Shown here: positions 1 through 9,902 of the stretch, one piece after another
Position numbering within the stretch: position 1 is the stretch's first letter
Layout: each line of letters starts with the position of its first letter
IMG/VR virus record: IMGVR_UViG_2595698882_000001
Coordinates: 92,649 to 156,648 of that record
Strand: one strand, 5' to 3'
Length of the DNA stretch: 64,000 bases
From: a virus
Taxonomy: Duplodnaviria > Caudoviricetes
Position numbers and translations under genes: made by a program
Notes under the pieces: model-generated
The model's database searches: none
Seen by the model: only the letters and a program-made list of their open reading frames with translations
What the model was told of the DNA's origin: nothing

Positions 1-149
1 GGTTTGATGTTAATTATTACGGGGGCAACAGCTTTAGTTGAAGAAGAGGGAATGACACCCCGAGAAGCCTTAGAACAACTAGAAAAGGTTAAAAATACGA
101 TCTGGGGCGCTCTTAATGAAATCCATGCAGAGCAGGGCGGTACGAAGTA

Positions 150-305
150 ATGAGGGAATCCCCTTGTATTAAATGTGGAAAGATGACGGATGCAGACATG
201 ACAATGTGCTGCGATGGTCGGGAGTGTGGCTGCATGGGACTTCCTATCCATCCACCTCTGTGTGAAGAGTGTGGAGAGACATTTTTTGAGGAGGGCGTGG
301 AGTGA
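150..305 (+). CDS. small Cys-rich (Zn-binding) protein, 51 aa, not in ORF track
   Basis: ATG overlaps upstream stop (TAATG); translation has CxxC, CCDGRECGC and CEEC motifs. Confidence 0.6.
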   Translation: MRESPCIKCGKMTDADMTMCCDGRECGCMGLPIHPPLCEECGETFFEEGVE

Positions 306-496
306 GAGGTAAAGCGATCTACCTAACCCGAGAAGAAATGAAAATGATTGAGTTGTGTTTGGGTAATGTGGAACCGGAGGACTTTATTGCTACAGAAAAC
401 AAATGGGAGAACTTGGAACCCGATCATAGAGCATACAAAGCATGGCATTCGGTATCAGATAAGATTTTCAAAGCATTAAGGGAGGGTGCAGAGTGA
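302..496 (+). CDS. hypothetical protein
   Basis: ORF with GAGGAGG RBS, coupled to neighbours. Confidence 0.6.
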   Translation: MRGKAIYLTREEMKMIELCLGNVEPEDFIATENKWENLEPDHRAYKAWHSVSDKIFKALREGAE

Positions 497-717
497 TTGA
501 GGTTATCGTAAAAAGTAAAATTAGCGGCAGATTAAAAAGAGGATTATTCACTGCAAGGCAGTTACTAGACACTTACGAGGATGATCTTGTCTGTACCTTG
601 ACGGAATGTAATTGCCAGCCTGTAGGGGAAACATACGTAGTAGACTGCAACTGTTGTGATGAGTGGGAAGACTACGAGATTTCATTTAATATTGAGAACA
701 GGGAGGAGCAAAAATGA
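493..717 (+). CDS. hypothetical Cys-rich protein
   Basis: GGAGG RBS, overlapping start/stop. Confidence 0.6.
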   Translation: MIEVIVKSKISGRLKRGLFTARQLLDTYEDDLVCTLTECNCQPVGETYVVDCNCCDEWEDYEISFNIENREEQK

Positions 718-1094
718 AAATGTTAAAACTATCGGAACTGCCTGATGACACAGAGCTAGGGGTTGACGGGTCTGGCATAATCCAAACAGTGTCTGAGATA
801 AAGTGGGGAATACAGAAGTACGGAGAACCTTATCACTTGGAGGGGGACTGGTATACAATCAAACGGAAAAAGTGGCGTCCCGATGCAACTAGGATGTTAG
901 AAGGTTACATTGAGGATGAGCTGGATGATATGTATGATGATTGGGATGAACGAGCTTGGGACTGCCTCCCGGATGAAGTAGTAAGTAAAATTCAAGGTAT
1001 ACTGAACGAAGCTTTTAAAGGAGACTACGCTACAGCATACTGGACCTACGAGCAGCCTGTTGATATTGATATTTACCCTTATCAGAAAGGATGA
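714..1094 (+). CDS. hypothetical acidic protein
   Basis: GGAGG RBS, overlapping start/stop. Confidence 0.65.
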   Translation: MKMLKLSELPDDTELGVDGSGIIQTVSEIKWGIQKYGEPYHLEGDWYTIKRKKWRPDATRMLEGYIEDELDDMYDDWDERAWDCLPDEVVSKIQGILNEAFKGDYATAYWTYEQPVDIDIYPYQKG

Positions 1095-1100
1095 CACAGA

Positions 1101-1313
1101 TTGAAGACAGAGATGACCATTGATGGAGGAGAGCTCACCATTAGTACCGTAGACGGTGTATTTAGTGCCACAATAGACATCGAGACCGGGGAGGTCATAA
1201 GCTTTGTATACACAGTAGCAACAGCTCCACAGGTGGCTGCATTTGCAAACAAGGTCAAGACTCGGTACAACAAGTTTCTCCGTAGTAAAGATATTGATGA
1301 TTTTATCAACTAG
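1101..1313 (+). CDS. hypothetical protein
   Basis: AAAGGA RBS, TTG start, followed by terminator. Confidence 0.55.
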   Translation: MKTEMTIDGGELTISTVDGVFSATIDIETGEVISFVYTVATAPQVAAFANKVKTRYNKFLRSKDIDDFIN

Positions 1314-1343
1314 GTAGAGGGGTTTCTGCTCCCTACCTTTTTT
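1312..1343 (+). terminator. intrinsic terminator
   Basis: GGTAGAGGGG...CTCCCTACC hairpin followed by T run. Confidence 0.6.
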
Positions 1344-1416
1344 CCGTTCTATGTTATAATAAGGGTATAGGAATATACATACAATTCTGAAAAATACATA
1401 GATAGGACGGATTAAC

Positions 1417-2184
1417 ATGACTAGGAAGAAGAGTTTGAACATCCACAATACGGATCGTCTCTTTAACCTTAACCTCACGACAAAGCAAGAAGAAGCTGAT
1501 TTTATCAAGGTTACAAGGTTAAATGAGAAACAGATCGAGAAGGATATGGATGAATTAAAAGCAGCATCGACAAGATACAACAAACGAAACAATAAAAGGT
1601 ACCTATTGTACAAGCAGCGATACGCAAACGACACAGTTCAAGACAAGGTATTTGATCACGGAGGGCACATTTACTATTACACCACAGACCGGGTACCCTT
1701 ACCTGTAATCAATAAACTAGCCAGTGTACCACAGTCAGAGGTGGTGTACTACTGTAAGAAAGAGCACACCCTCGAAGATGTTATGAATGTGCAGCTGGCT
1801 TCTATGGCTACACAGGTTACTGTAGACGTTCCAATTGTGTTACCAGACATAAACCCTTATGACTACCTGTTTTCCCTTGCACCACTGAGGTACCATGTAG
1901 ACAAAGTTAAAATCTCCTTCCCAGCTCTAAAGGAAGAAGAGCTACAAGAGCGTCACAAAGAGTATTATGTCTTCTATAATGGCATGTACCATTTAAAAGC
2001 GCACTATAAGTACCAATGCTTCAAATACATTCAGGAACCGCTGTCTACTTGGAAAATGAACATCTGGCTGGTATGTGACTCTAAGATGGATAAGGATATG
2101 GTCGAATCTCTGGTTGTCCGTAATACAAAACGTCTGAAGAAGAAGGCTGACTCACAGGGAGGTAACTCTGATGGTCAATCGTAA
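1417..2184 (+). CDS. conserved phage protein upstream of HU-like gene (function unknown)
   Basis: 255 aa ORF; position typical of Herelleviridae replication module. Confidence 0.7.
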   Translation: MTRKKSLNIHNTDRLFNLNLTTKQEEADFIKVTRLNEKQIEKDMDELKAASTRYNKRNNKRYLLYKQRYANDTVQDKVFDHGGHIYYYTTDRVPLPVINKLASVPQSEVVYYCKKEHTLEDVMNVQLASMATQVTVDVPIVLPDINPYDYLFSLAPLRYHVDKVKISFPALKEEELQERHKEYYVFYNGMYHLKAHYKYQCFKYIQEPLSTWKMNIWLVCDSKMDKDMVESLVVRNTKRLKKKADSQGGNSDGQS

Positions 2185-2461
2185 GGAGTTAGCTAGACGA
2201 ATTGCACACATATTAGGTTATAACATCGGAGAAGTGGAGGAGGTCCTAGAGGTGTCTGAGGATGTCATCGCAGATGCTCTAGCTTCTGGAGAAGAAGTCA
2301 AAATGGGGAAACTGTATAAGCTTTTCTTACAGGAACTCCCGGAGAAAAAAGCTTTTGACGGGCTTAACAAGAAATACTTCGTCAGAAAGGCGAAGAAGGT
2401 GCCTAAGTTTAAACCGTTGTCTCGGTTACAGAATATCAGCACAGAGGATACAGAGGAGTGA
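2171..2461 (+). CDS. HU/IHF-like DNA-binding protein
   Basis: NRKELARRIA...DALASGEEVKMGKL...AKKVPKFKP matches HU/IHF fold. Confidence 0.85.
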   Translation: MVNRKELARRIAHILGYNIGEVEEVLEVSEDVIADALASGEEVKMGKLYKLFLQELPEKKAFDGLNKKYFVRKAKKVPKFKPLSRLQNISTEDTEE

Positions 2462-2475
2462 TACTCCTCTTTTTT
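2453..2475 (+). terminator. intrinsic terminator
   Basis: GAGGAGT-GAT-ACTCCTC plus T run. Confidence 0.75.
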
Positions 2476-2542
2476 ATGTTGACATTCGGTATATGTTATA
2501 GTAAGATTATACACATGAATACACTGTAAAGGAGAGAGCGGC

Positions 2543-3007
2543 ATGGAAAAGATGTCATTGTTAGAAAAGATTATATACCTTAGAAATTTCTATAAGGGCA
2601 GGAGTCAATGGGCACGGGAGAAGTATGAGAAAATTAAAGCTGAAGGGCAGATAGGGTTCATGGTTATGTCTGATGAAGAGGCGTTGGTACTACGAGATAC
2701 CCAAGCGGAGAACTACAAAGCCTTCAGCAACGTATTAAACACTATAGTAAATGAACATCTAGGTACAACTGCGCTAGGGGAACTTGTATGGGTAGAGGTT
2801 TTAAAACCTTTTGGATACTATGTCGAGGATCATCCCATTGGAGAAGTTATGCAGGTAGATGTAGCACATGTAAATGACCTTGTAAAAGACGGATATGCCA
2901 AGATTGTTATAAATAATATGGGTGAGAATAAGCCAGTGGACAGAGACCTAGCTGACTTAGACCCCTTTGAATCCCAGATAGCAGAAGTCCAGCCATCAGA
3001 AGAATAA
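2543..3007 (+). CDS. hypothetical protein
   Basis: AAAGGAG RBS; TTGACA promoter at 2479. Confidence 0.7.
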   Translation: MEKMSLLEKIIYLRNFYKGRSQWAREKYEKIKAEGQIGFMVMSDEEALVLRDTQAENYKAFSNVLNTIVNEHLGTTALGELVWVEVLKPFGYYVEDHPIGEVMQVDVAHVNDLVKDGYAKIVINNMGENKPVDRDLADLDPFESQIAEVQPSEE

Positions 3008-3020
3008 GGAGGGTACAATA

Positions 3021-3854
3021 TTGAAAGTTTTATTTCTACAAGATCACCTTAAAGAGAACCATGTTAAGCAAGTAGACGGAACTCTTCGTAATGTATACTT
3101 CCAAACACAGGCAGGTAAGATTCTTAAACGTACAGCGGAGGAGACCCTCAAGCTGAAAGGGAACGAATACTACATTGACTACGCCTACCAGCTGGTTCCG
3201 AAAGTTGTACAAAGAGATAAGTTTAACCGGGCTATACGATACAAGAAAATAAGTTTAACAGAAGCAAGACCAGAGTTTGATCTGCTATACGAGAGAATTA
3301 TCAGGGAGAAGCCAGATATTATAGTCCCACAAGGGAACCTTGGATGCAGTGCATTACTCAAGAAAAATGGAATCAAGTCACTTAGAGGCGTACCTCAAAA
3401 GGTTGTTGTTAGACACGGTAATGCCTCCCATGAAACATGGGTACTCCCTACATTTAGTATTGAGTACATGTTAGTAGACTACAAGGTCAACAACCTTGTT
3501 GCTGCCGATTTTAGCACGTTAGGGAAGTACATTGAACAAGGGGATATAGCGTTTGAATCGGAGACTCGGGACTACGAATTTGTAGACAGCATCGAGAGGG
3601 TTAGAGAAATTTTTAAAACGATCTTGCCCGCTGCTCCTATTGTCGCATGGGACTTAGAGACCAATACGTTACATCCCGAAAAAGCTGGAGCAAAGCCTCT
3701 CGTTATCTCCTTGTCTTGGCAGGAGGGTACTGGGTGCACCATACCGCTAGAACATAAAGAGTTTACATGGATGCCCGGACATTTAGCGGAGATATACGAG
3801 CACATAAAGACATTCGTAGCTGACCCGGATATAATCAAAGTAGGTCATAACATT
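3021..3854 (+). CDS. DNA polymerase family A, exon 1 (UDG-like N-terminal domain and start of 3'-5' exonuclease)
   Basis: KPDIIVPQG...VLPTF UDG-like segment; ExoI WDLET; ends GHNI, joining QFDIRFL after splicing. Confidence 0.9.
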
Positions 3855-4646
3855 TAATAAAATGGGTGTTATAAAACCCCTCTCATAACGGTGGACGCTA
3901 AGTCGAGAGATAAGCCAATATCGTGCCTACATTACTGGTGACAGTAGATGGGGTGTAGAGACTGAGCTGAGCCTTCGCAGGGCAAAGTGAGAAGTGATGT
4001 AACGTGGCTCTATAGGAGGACGTTAGATGAAACAATGTTCAAAGTGTAAGGAATACAAGGATGAAACTCAGTTTAATAAAGGAAACAAGAAGAAAGACGG
4101 TACTAGACCTTTGAAATCCCAGTGCAAAGCCTGCCTAGCAGAGTACAAAAAGAAGCACTATTCCAAAAACAGGGATAAATATTTAAATAAGGCTAAGAAG
4201 CAGCGGGAGACACACGGTGAGGAGCTTAAGGCATACTGGAGAGATTACCATCAGAAGAATAAAGAGTATAGAAACAGCCAGATGAAAGAGTATTCTCGAA
4301 CAGAGAAAGGGAGAGAAGCCCGAAAAAGAGCACAAGAGAGGTACAGAGAGTCTAGTCAGTATAACTTAAAGCAGAACGCTCGGAAGAAGGTACTTAGGGC
4401 AGTTCGAGCGGGAAAGTTGTTAAAGCCTCTAAAATGTCAGTGCTGTAATAAAGAAAAGCCATTAGAAGCTCACCATACTGATTACCGTAATCCGTTAGAT
4501 GTGAAATGGCTATGTAAAGAGTGTCACGAAAATGAACATCACTTAAATGAGGGGCATGAGTCCATGTAGGTAACTGCGAACAAACCTATTGGTAAGGGCT
4601 CATGAAGGTATAGTCCACTCCTGATCGAAAGATCAGGGCTAAAGTG
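3855..4646 (+). mobile_element. group I intron 1 in DNA polymerase gene (792 nt)
   Basis: P1 ATAACATT/GGTGTTAT with U-G at splice site; R-like GAGACTG about 3957; S-like AAGGTATAGTCC about 4604; terminal G4646; splicing restores ExoII GHNIQFD. Confidence 0.88.
4027..4569 (+). CDS. intron-encoded HNH homing endonuclease
   Basis: N-terminal CxxC pairs; C-terminal CQCC...EAHHTDY...WLCKECHENEH. Confidence 0.85.
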   Translation: MKQCSKCKEYKDETQFNKGNKKKDGTRPLKSQCKACLAEYKKKHYSKNRDKYLNKAKKQRETHGEELKAYWRDYHQKNKEYRNSQMKEYSRTEKGREARKRAQERYRESSQYNLKQNARKKVLRAVRAGKLLKPLKCQCCNKEKPLEAHHTDYRNPLDVKWLCKECHENEHHLNEGHESM

Positions 4647-6077
4647 CAGTTTGATATCCGATTCTTGCAGCTTTCTAAAGGATTTACAGCCTTTCATAAC
4701 CATCGAGACACCAAGGTCATGTACTACCTACTTGTGGATCAGGATAAAGACGCTTCATTGAAGTTGAGTAACCTGAGCTATGAAATGACTGATATGGGTG
4801 GGTACGACAAACCACTAGAAGATTTTAAGAAAAAATACGTAGAAGATTATGTTGCTAAAGAGCGAGCTCGAATCAACCAGTTGAAAGAGGACTACAAGAA
4901 AGCAGTAGCTAAAGAAAGGGCTTTAGCCAAAGAGGAGAAAAGGAAAGCGCAATTACCTCCTAAACCAAAGTTCCCTAAAGTTACTCCTCCTGTAAACGAG
5001 ATAGATGGTAGTGACTTTAACTATGAATGGATTCCTTTAGAAAGCATGTTATCTCCTTACGCATCTGGAGACGTTGATGCTTGTCTACGTATACATAACT
5101 TCTTAGAGAAGAAAGGTCAAGCGGAAGAGAACGCTAAAATTAGAAAGCTGTACACTGAGCATTATACAGAGCTGTCCGCATACCTCGCTAAGGTAGAGGC
5201 TGCGGGGGTTCAAATGAACACGGATTACACCAGAGGACTTATTGATGCGTATACAGAAGAAGAGGACCGACTCCTCCAGCTGATCCGTAAGTTCCCAGAG
5301 GTGCAGAGACTTGAAGAAGAGCATGAGGCGCTGTACATGAAAGGTCTAGAAGAATGGTCTAAACCTAAGCCCATGCGGAATGAAGAAATTGCAAAGCTAC
5401 GTGATAAGTACAAAAAGAAGCTAGTCTTCAACCCCAATTCCTCAGAGGACAAACAGAAAGCTCTGTATAAGTACACTGGATACAGACTTCCATACAACAA
5501 AGAGTTGGTTGTTAAGTCCGCTTTTGAGGATGGAATAAGTGAGGATGAGCTAGAGTGGTATCATTATAAAGCGGATAAGACAGCTTTAGAGTACATCAAA
5601 GAGAACTTTGAGGACCTCAAAGAACTAGCTGAGCTGCTGCTAACTCACTCATTGGTTAAGACTCGGAAACAGAACTTTACATATAAGCTGCTAGACTTAG
5701 TAAATGACAAGAATCGGCTGTATGGTACGTTTAACCCTACAGGTACTGAGACTACACGTCTTTCCTCTAGGGACCCAAATTTACAACAAATTCCAAGAAA
5801 GACCGGGAACGTTAAGCGGTTCGACTACAAGCACCCTATTAAACGGATGTTTGTTACAAGCTTCCCGGGAGGAGCCCTGTTACAGCTTGACTACAGTTCC
5901 CTAGAGTCTCGTATCTTAGGCTTGGCGGCTGGGGACGAAGAGATGACTCAACAGTTCTTAGATGGACGAGACTTGCACAAAGAGACAGCAACCTTTGTAT
6001 ACGGAGTGTCTATGGACCAAGTTACTGAAGACATGCGTTCCATGGCTAAAGCCGTAACATTCGGACTCGCATACGGT
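4647..6077 (+). CDS. DNA polymerase family A, exon 2
   Basis: ExoIII YASGD; TTRLSSRDPNLQQIP; motif A DYSSLESR; motif B RSMAKAVTFGLAYG. Confidence 0.92.
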
Positions 6078-7124
6078 ACTTTAAATACATTTGCCGTAGT
6101 AAAACTCAGTGAACCTACAAATGTAGGGTGTCTGCTTATAGCAGGCTAACGGTGGAGGCTAAAGCCTAGTCAGCAATGCTAATACCGTGCTAAGCATACT
6201 CTCATGTGCCCATTTACTAAAACAGGAGGTGAATTGAAATGGCAGTAATATTTAAGCCGGGAGAACGGCAGTACCATAATAATCTTTATAAAAAACTAAG
6301 GAAAACGTGGTATGACATGATACAGCGATGTTATAACCCCAACCATCCTAGTTATAAATTTTATGGAGCAATCGGTGTGACAGTTACTAGTCAGTGGCAC
6401 TCACTGGATGGCTTCCTTGAGACGGTGGATACTGTAGATGGTTGGGATGCTGATAGGTATACCAACGAAACAATGCACTTAGACAAGGATTTAAAAGTTA
6501 AAGGGAACAGCGTGTACAGCCCGGCAACCTGTATGTTTGTCACCCCGGAAGAAAACTATAGACCCACCCGAGAGGCGAGGATGAAAGACTGTGAGGCAGT
6601 ATCCCCTAAGGGGAAAACTTATAAGTTTTCTAATAAGGAGCAGTTTTGTAGGGAGCATGGTTTAAATCCCTCTAATGTCTATCTCTGTTTGGTAGGAAAA
6701 TATAGACATCATAAAGGTTGGAGGTTTAACTATGCAGACGGTTCTACTCCCCAAAATACAACGAATAACCGAGGTAAACCTAAAATAGCGGTAGACCCGG
6801 AAGGGGTAACATATGAGTTCTGGAATCAAAGTAAGTTTGCCAGAGAGCACGGTTTAGACCCCAGAAAAATAAGTGCAGTAATCAATGGTAAACGCCCCCA
6901 CCATAAGCAGTGGAAATTTTATTTAAAATAAACATATGTGAGAGTATGTAAGTGTAACGACTATCGAAAGGGTAGCTGCTGTCGGGAGGACACCAGTGAG
7001 AACCGAGTAGAGTACATTCAAGGTGAAAACCCTTGTTTGGAAGTGCTGAGAGCTTGTAGTAACGATACAAGTTAAGATATAGTCTAGTCCCCTAATAAAT
7101 ATCGGGAAACCGAGGGTATAATCG
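6078..7124 (+). mobile_element. group I intron 2 in DNA polymerase gene (1047 nt)
   Basis: P1 TACGGT/GCCGTA with U-G; stem CATACTCTCA/TGAGAGTATG encloses the ORF; S-like AAGATATAGTCT at 7074; terminal G7124; in-frame YG-ETPFSF after splicing. Confidence 0.9.
6239..6931 (+). CDS. intron-encoded HNH-type homing endonuclease with two C-terminal NUMOD/HTH-like repeats
   Basis: WYDMIQRCYNPNHPSYKFYG...LDKD...YSPATC; repeats FCREHGL and FAREHGL; AGGAGGT RBS. Confidence 0.82.
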   Translation: MAVIFKPGERQYHNNLYKKLRKTWYDMIQRCYNPNHPSYKFYGAIGVTVTSQWHSLDGFLETVDTVDGWDADRYTNETMHLDKDLKVKGNSVYSPATCMFVTPEENYRPTREARMKDCEAVSPKGKTYKFSNKEQFCREHGLNPSNVYLCLVGKYRHHKGWRFNYADGSTPQNTTNNRGKPKIAVDPEGVTYEFWNQSKFAREHGLDPRKISAVINGKRPHHKQWKFYLK

Positions 7125-7817
7125 GAAACACCGTTCTCCTTCGCACCGAAAAACAACATGTCCGTTGAAGAAGCTGAAGTCATCTTCCAGAAATACTTCC
7201 AGAACAAGCCGAAAGTTAAACAGTTCATTGATGCTACACATGCTCAAGTGAAAAAAGATGGCTTTGTAGAATGTATGCAAGGATTCAGACGGAACCTACG
7301 CAACGTGTTCTCACAAGATAAGTCAAAAGTAAACGAAGCCTTACGTCAATCTGTAAACACCAAGATTCAGGGTTCAGGGGCATTCTTAACGAACTCCTCT
7401 GTAATTCTGATCATTAAGTTCATTGAGAAGAACAACTTGCGTTCTAAAGTCGTTCTAACAGTACATGACTCCATCGTAATTGACTGCCCGCCGGAAGAAA
7501 TTCATATCATGGCACATGCAGCTAAACACATCATGGAGAACTTACCTATCGACTGGTTGTTCATTGACTGGAAAGGTGAGAGACTTCGTTACCCAATCAA
7601 AGCTGATGTTGAGATCGGTACTAACTATAATGACATGGTTGCTTACGATAAAGACGATCTTAACAGCTTTAAAACGGTCCAGAAATACTGTGACTTCTAC
7701 TTAGCTAAGAAGGAAATCAAGAACCACAAAGAGACAGGAACTATCACTAAAGAGCGATATGAAGAGCTTGAAGAGCTTATCGACAGCCGTAAACCAGCTT
7801 ACCAAGAAGCTGTATAA
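7125..7817 (+). CDS. DNA polymerase family A, exon 3 (spliced product 985 aa)
   Basis: NTKIQGSGA and motif C TVHDS. Confidence 0.92.
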   Translation, partial: ETPFSFAPKNNMSVEEAEVIFQKYFQNKPKVKQFIDATHAQVKKDGFVECMQGFRRNLRNVFSQDKSKVNEALRQSVNTKIQGSGAFLTNSSVILIIKFIEKNNLRSKVVLTVHDSIVIDCPPEEIHIMAHAAKHIMENLPIDWLFIDWKGERLRYPIKADVEIGTNYNDMVAYDKDDLNSFKTVQKYCDFYLAKKEIKNHKETGTITKERYEELEELIDSRKPAYQEAV

Positions 7818-7934
7818 ATTTTTTATAAAATACAGTTGACATACAGCCTTGGTTATAGTAAGATATAAATACAGCGGAGGGGTAATACAGAGTGCTATGC
7901 CTCTTCTCTGTCTCTACATAAGCGAGGTGAGAGA

Positions 7935-8453
7935 GTGTTAGACGTGAATATCGGTAGCCTTGACTTTTACAAGCTAAGGCTCATAGACGAGAACGGACAG
8001 TATCAAGAGTATGACCTAGAGGACCTACTTAAAGTTAACGAAGACAACTACATGCAAGAGATGATCGAACAGCCTTCCAAGTACATCTACTGGTCATCAG
8101 TGTTAGAGCGGCTTAAGTTCTATCAAGAAAGTGTAGAGTTGGAACTAGAGACCGTTGTAGCCAGTCTAGACCAAGAAGCCCGAGATTACCTTAAGGACAC
8201 AGTGCCTAAACCTACAAAAGATATGGTAGAGTCTTATATCAAAAGGCAGCCAGCTTATAAAAGTGTTAGAGATAAGGAAATCCATTATAACTACATTGTA
8301 GGCAGGGTGCAGCGTATTGTAAAAGCTTTTGAGCAACGTAAGGACATGCTACAGTCCTACGGTAAACAAGTTATTGATAACCAGCAGTATGGTAGAGGTG
8401 CAGGGTCTACTCTAATGTACCCTTCGTATAACCCGCCAAACCCGAGTCAATAA
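7935..8453 (+). CDS. putative UvsY-like recombination mediator
   Basis: helical protein between pol and SSB/RecA; KAFEQRKDML segment. Confidence 0.5.
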   Translation: MLDVNIGSLDFYKLRLIDENGQYQEYDLEDLLKVNEDNYMQEMIEQPSKYIYWSSVLERLKFYQESVELELETVVASLDQEARDYLKDTVPKPTKDMVESYIKRQPAYKSVRDKEIHYNYIVGRVQRIVKAFEQRKDMLQSYGKQVIDNQQYGRGAGSTLMYPSYNPPNPSQ

Positions 8454-8556
8454 ACGTGCTATAACTTGTTTATAACAGTTGACATATGTTATAATGTATG
8501 TTAGACTGTCACTATAGTAACAAAATAAATTACATACACAGGAGGAGAAAGTTAAT

Positions 8557-9819
8557 ATGTCATTCTTAGACATCGTAAACCAAGAAGCAGGAAAGTTAAA
8601 AAGCAGCGGTAACACAGACAGAGTAGAGTACCCGAAAACAAAACATGATCGAATCTTCGCAGGCAAGGACAATCAGATCGCTGTACAGATTCTGCCAAGT
8701 GCTGATCTAAACGGGCAATTCTGGAAGAAGATTAGAAAGCTGTATCTTACTACTGTTTCATCTCAAGGCAAAGAAGTGAAAGCAAACTTTACTCTTGACG
8801 GGGATGAGAACCCGGGCTCTATGCTTGAGCAGAAATATATGGAGTGGGTTGAACGAGACGTTTTACCTAAAGGTCGCTATGGTATCCCTACGCCTAATGA
8901 GTTCTATCTTGTAAATGCAGTTCGATTAGTTCAGGATGCTGCGGGTAACTGGACTCAAGAGCGAGATACTACGGGTCAGTTAGTTGTGCGTGTACTAGAA
9001 CTTAAACCTTCTGCAATGCAGGATATCTTGAATAAGATTCAGAACACGATGTACAACATCTCTAACACACAGTTAGCGTTCTTACACCCGGATAAGTCGT
9101 GTGTAACACAAATTGAGAAACCAGCAGACAACGAGTCTCCTAAAAAATACAAGTTCCATGTATTCCCGCACTTACTTCTTCCACCACTAGGTCAAGGATG
9201 GGAACAGCAACTTGAAGATTTAGAAGAACAGGGTACACCTACAGAGCGTCTAGTAAACGGAGACAAATGGGTACAAGCGTTTATTGATATGATGGAAGGT
9301 CGTAAACCTAACCAAAACCAAGGTCAGAATGCTGCTCCAGCACCGACAGTAAACCCTTACGCTGCACAGCAACCTAATGCGAACCCGTTTGCAGGTCAAC
9401 AGCCTCCAGCAACTAACCCATTTGCAGGGCAGCCAGCTCCAGCGGATAATCCGTTAGCAGGGCAGGTACCTCAGCAAAATACATATGGTCAGCCAGCTCC
9501 GGCACCAGCGGCACCACAACAACCGAATATTACAATGCCTACTGGAATGGGTGAGCCAACACCTCCTCCGGCACAACCACAGGTTAATGCTAACCCAGCG
9601 ACACCTCCGGTTCAGCCGCAGGCAGCGCCAGCTCAACCAGCTCAACCTACAGGAGGGTTAGTATCCGACCCATTACCGACTGACTTCGGTACCACACATC
9701 AGGTAGGTTCAGACCCTGCTAACGAAGTTCCATTACACAGTGTAGAGACTAACAGCAATGGTCTTTTAGATGTTAATGCGCTTCTTCAACAGGAAGTAGG
9801 AGACCTGCCAACTGAGTAG
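8557..9819 (+). CDS. single-stranded DNA-binding protein with P/Q/A-rich tail
   Basis: synteny before RecA; gp32-like N-terminus; NP(Y/F/L)A repeats; acidic end. Confidence 0.7.
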   Translation: MSFLDIVNQEAGKLKSSGNTDRVEYPKTKHDRIFAGKDNQIAVQILPSADLNGQFWKKIRKLYLTTVSSQGKEVKANFTLDGDENPGSMLEQKYMEWVERDVLPKGRYGIPTPNEFYLVNAVRLVQDAAGNWTQERDTTGQLVVRVLELKPSAMQDILNKIQNTMYNISNTQLAFLHPDKSCVTQIEKPADNESPKKYKFHVFPHLLLPPLGQGWEQQLEDLEEQGTPTERLVNGDKWVQAFIDMMEGRKPNQNQGQNAAPAPTVNPYAAQQPNANPFAGQQPPATNPFAGQPAPADNPLAGQVPQQNTYGQPAPAPAAPQQPNITMPTGMGEPTPPPAQPQVNANPATPPVQPQAAPAQPAQPTGGLVSDPLPTDFGTTHQVGSDPANEVPLHSVETNSNGLLDVNALLQQEVGDLPTE

Positions 9820-9902
9820 ATGAATAGAGCCTAGTGTAACAACTAGGCTTTCTATATCAAATTTTATACATATAGAAGTAAGAAACACTGGAGGGAAAAC
9901 AT

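Noticed and set aside
897-1634. Long minus-strand ORFs in the track (also 9857-10408, 29893-30393 and others)
   Set aside because: Antisense shadows of well-supported + strand genes, without RBS or recognisable motifs
4644-6149. Stand-alone 501-aa polymerase, or frameshifted pol pseudogene
   Set aside because: Boundaries are explained by group I introns; GTG 4644 and the tail after 6077 are intron sequence
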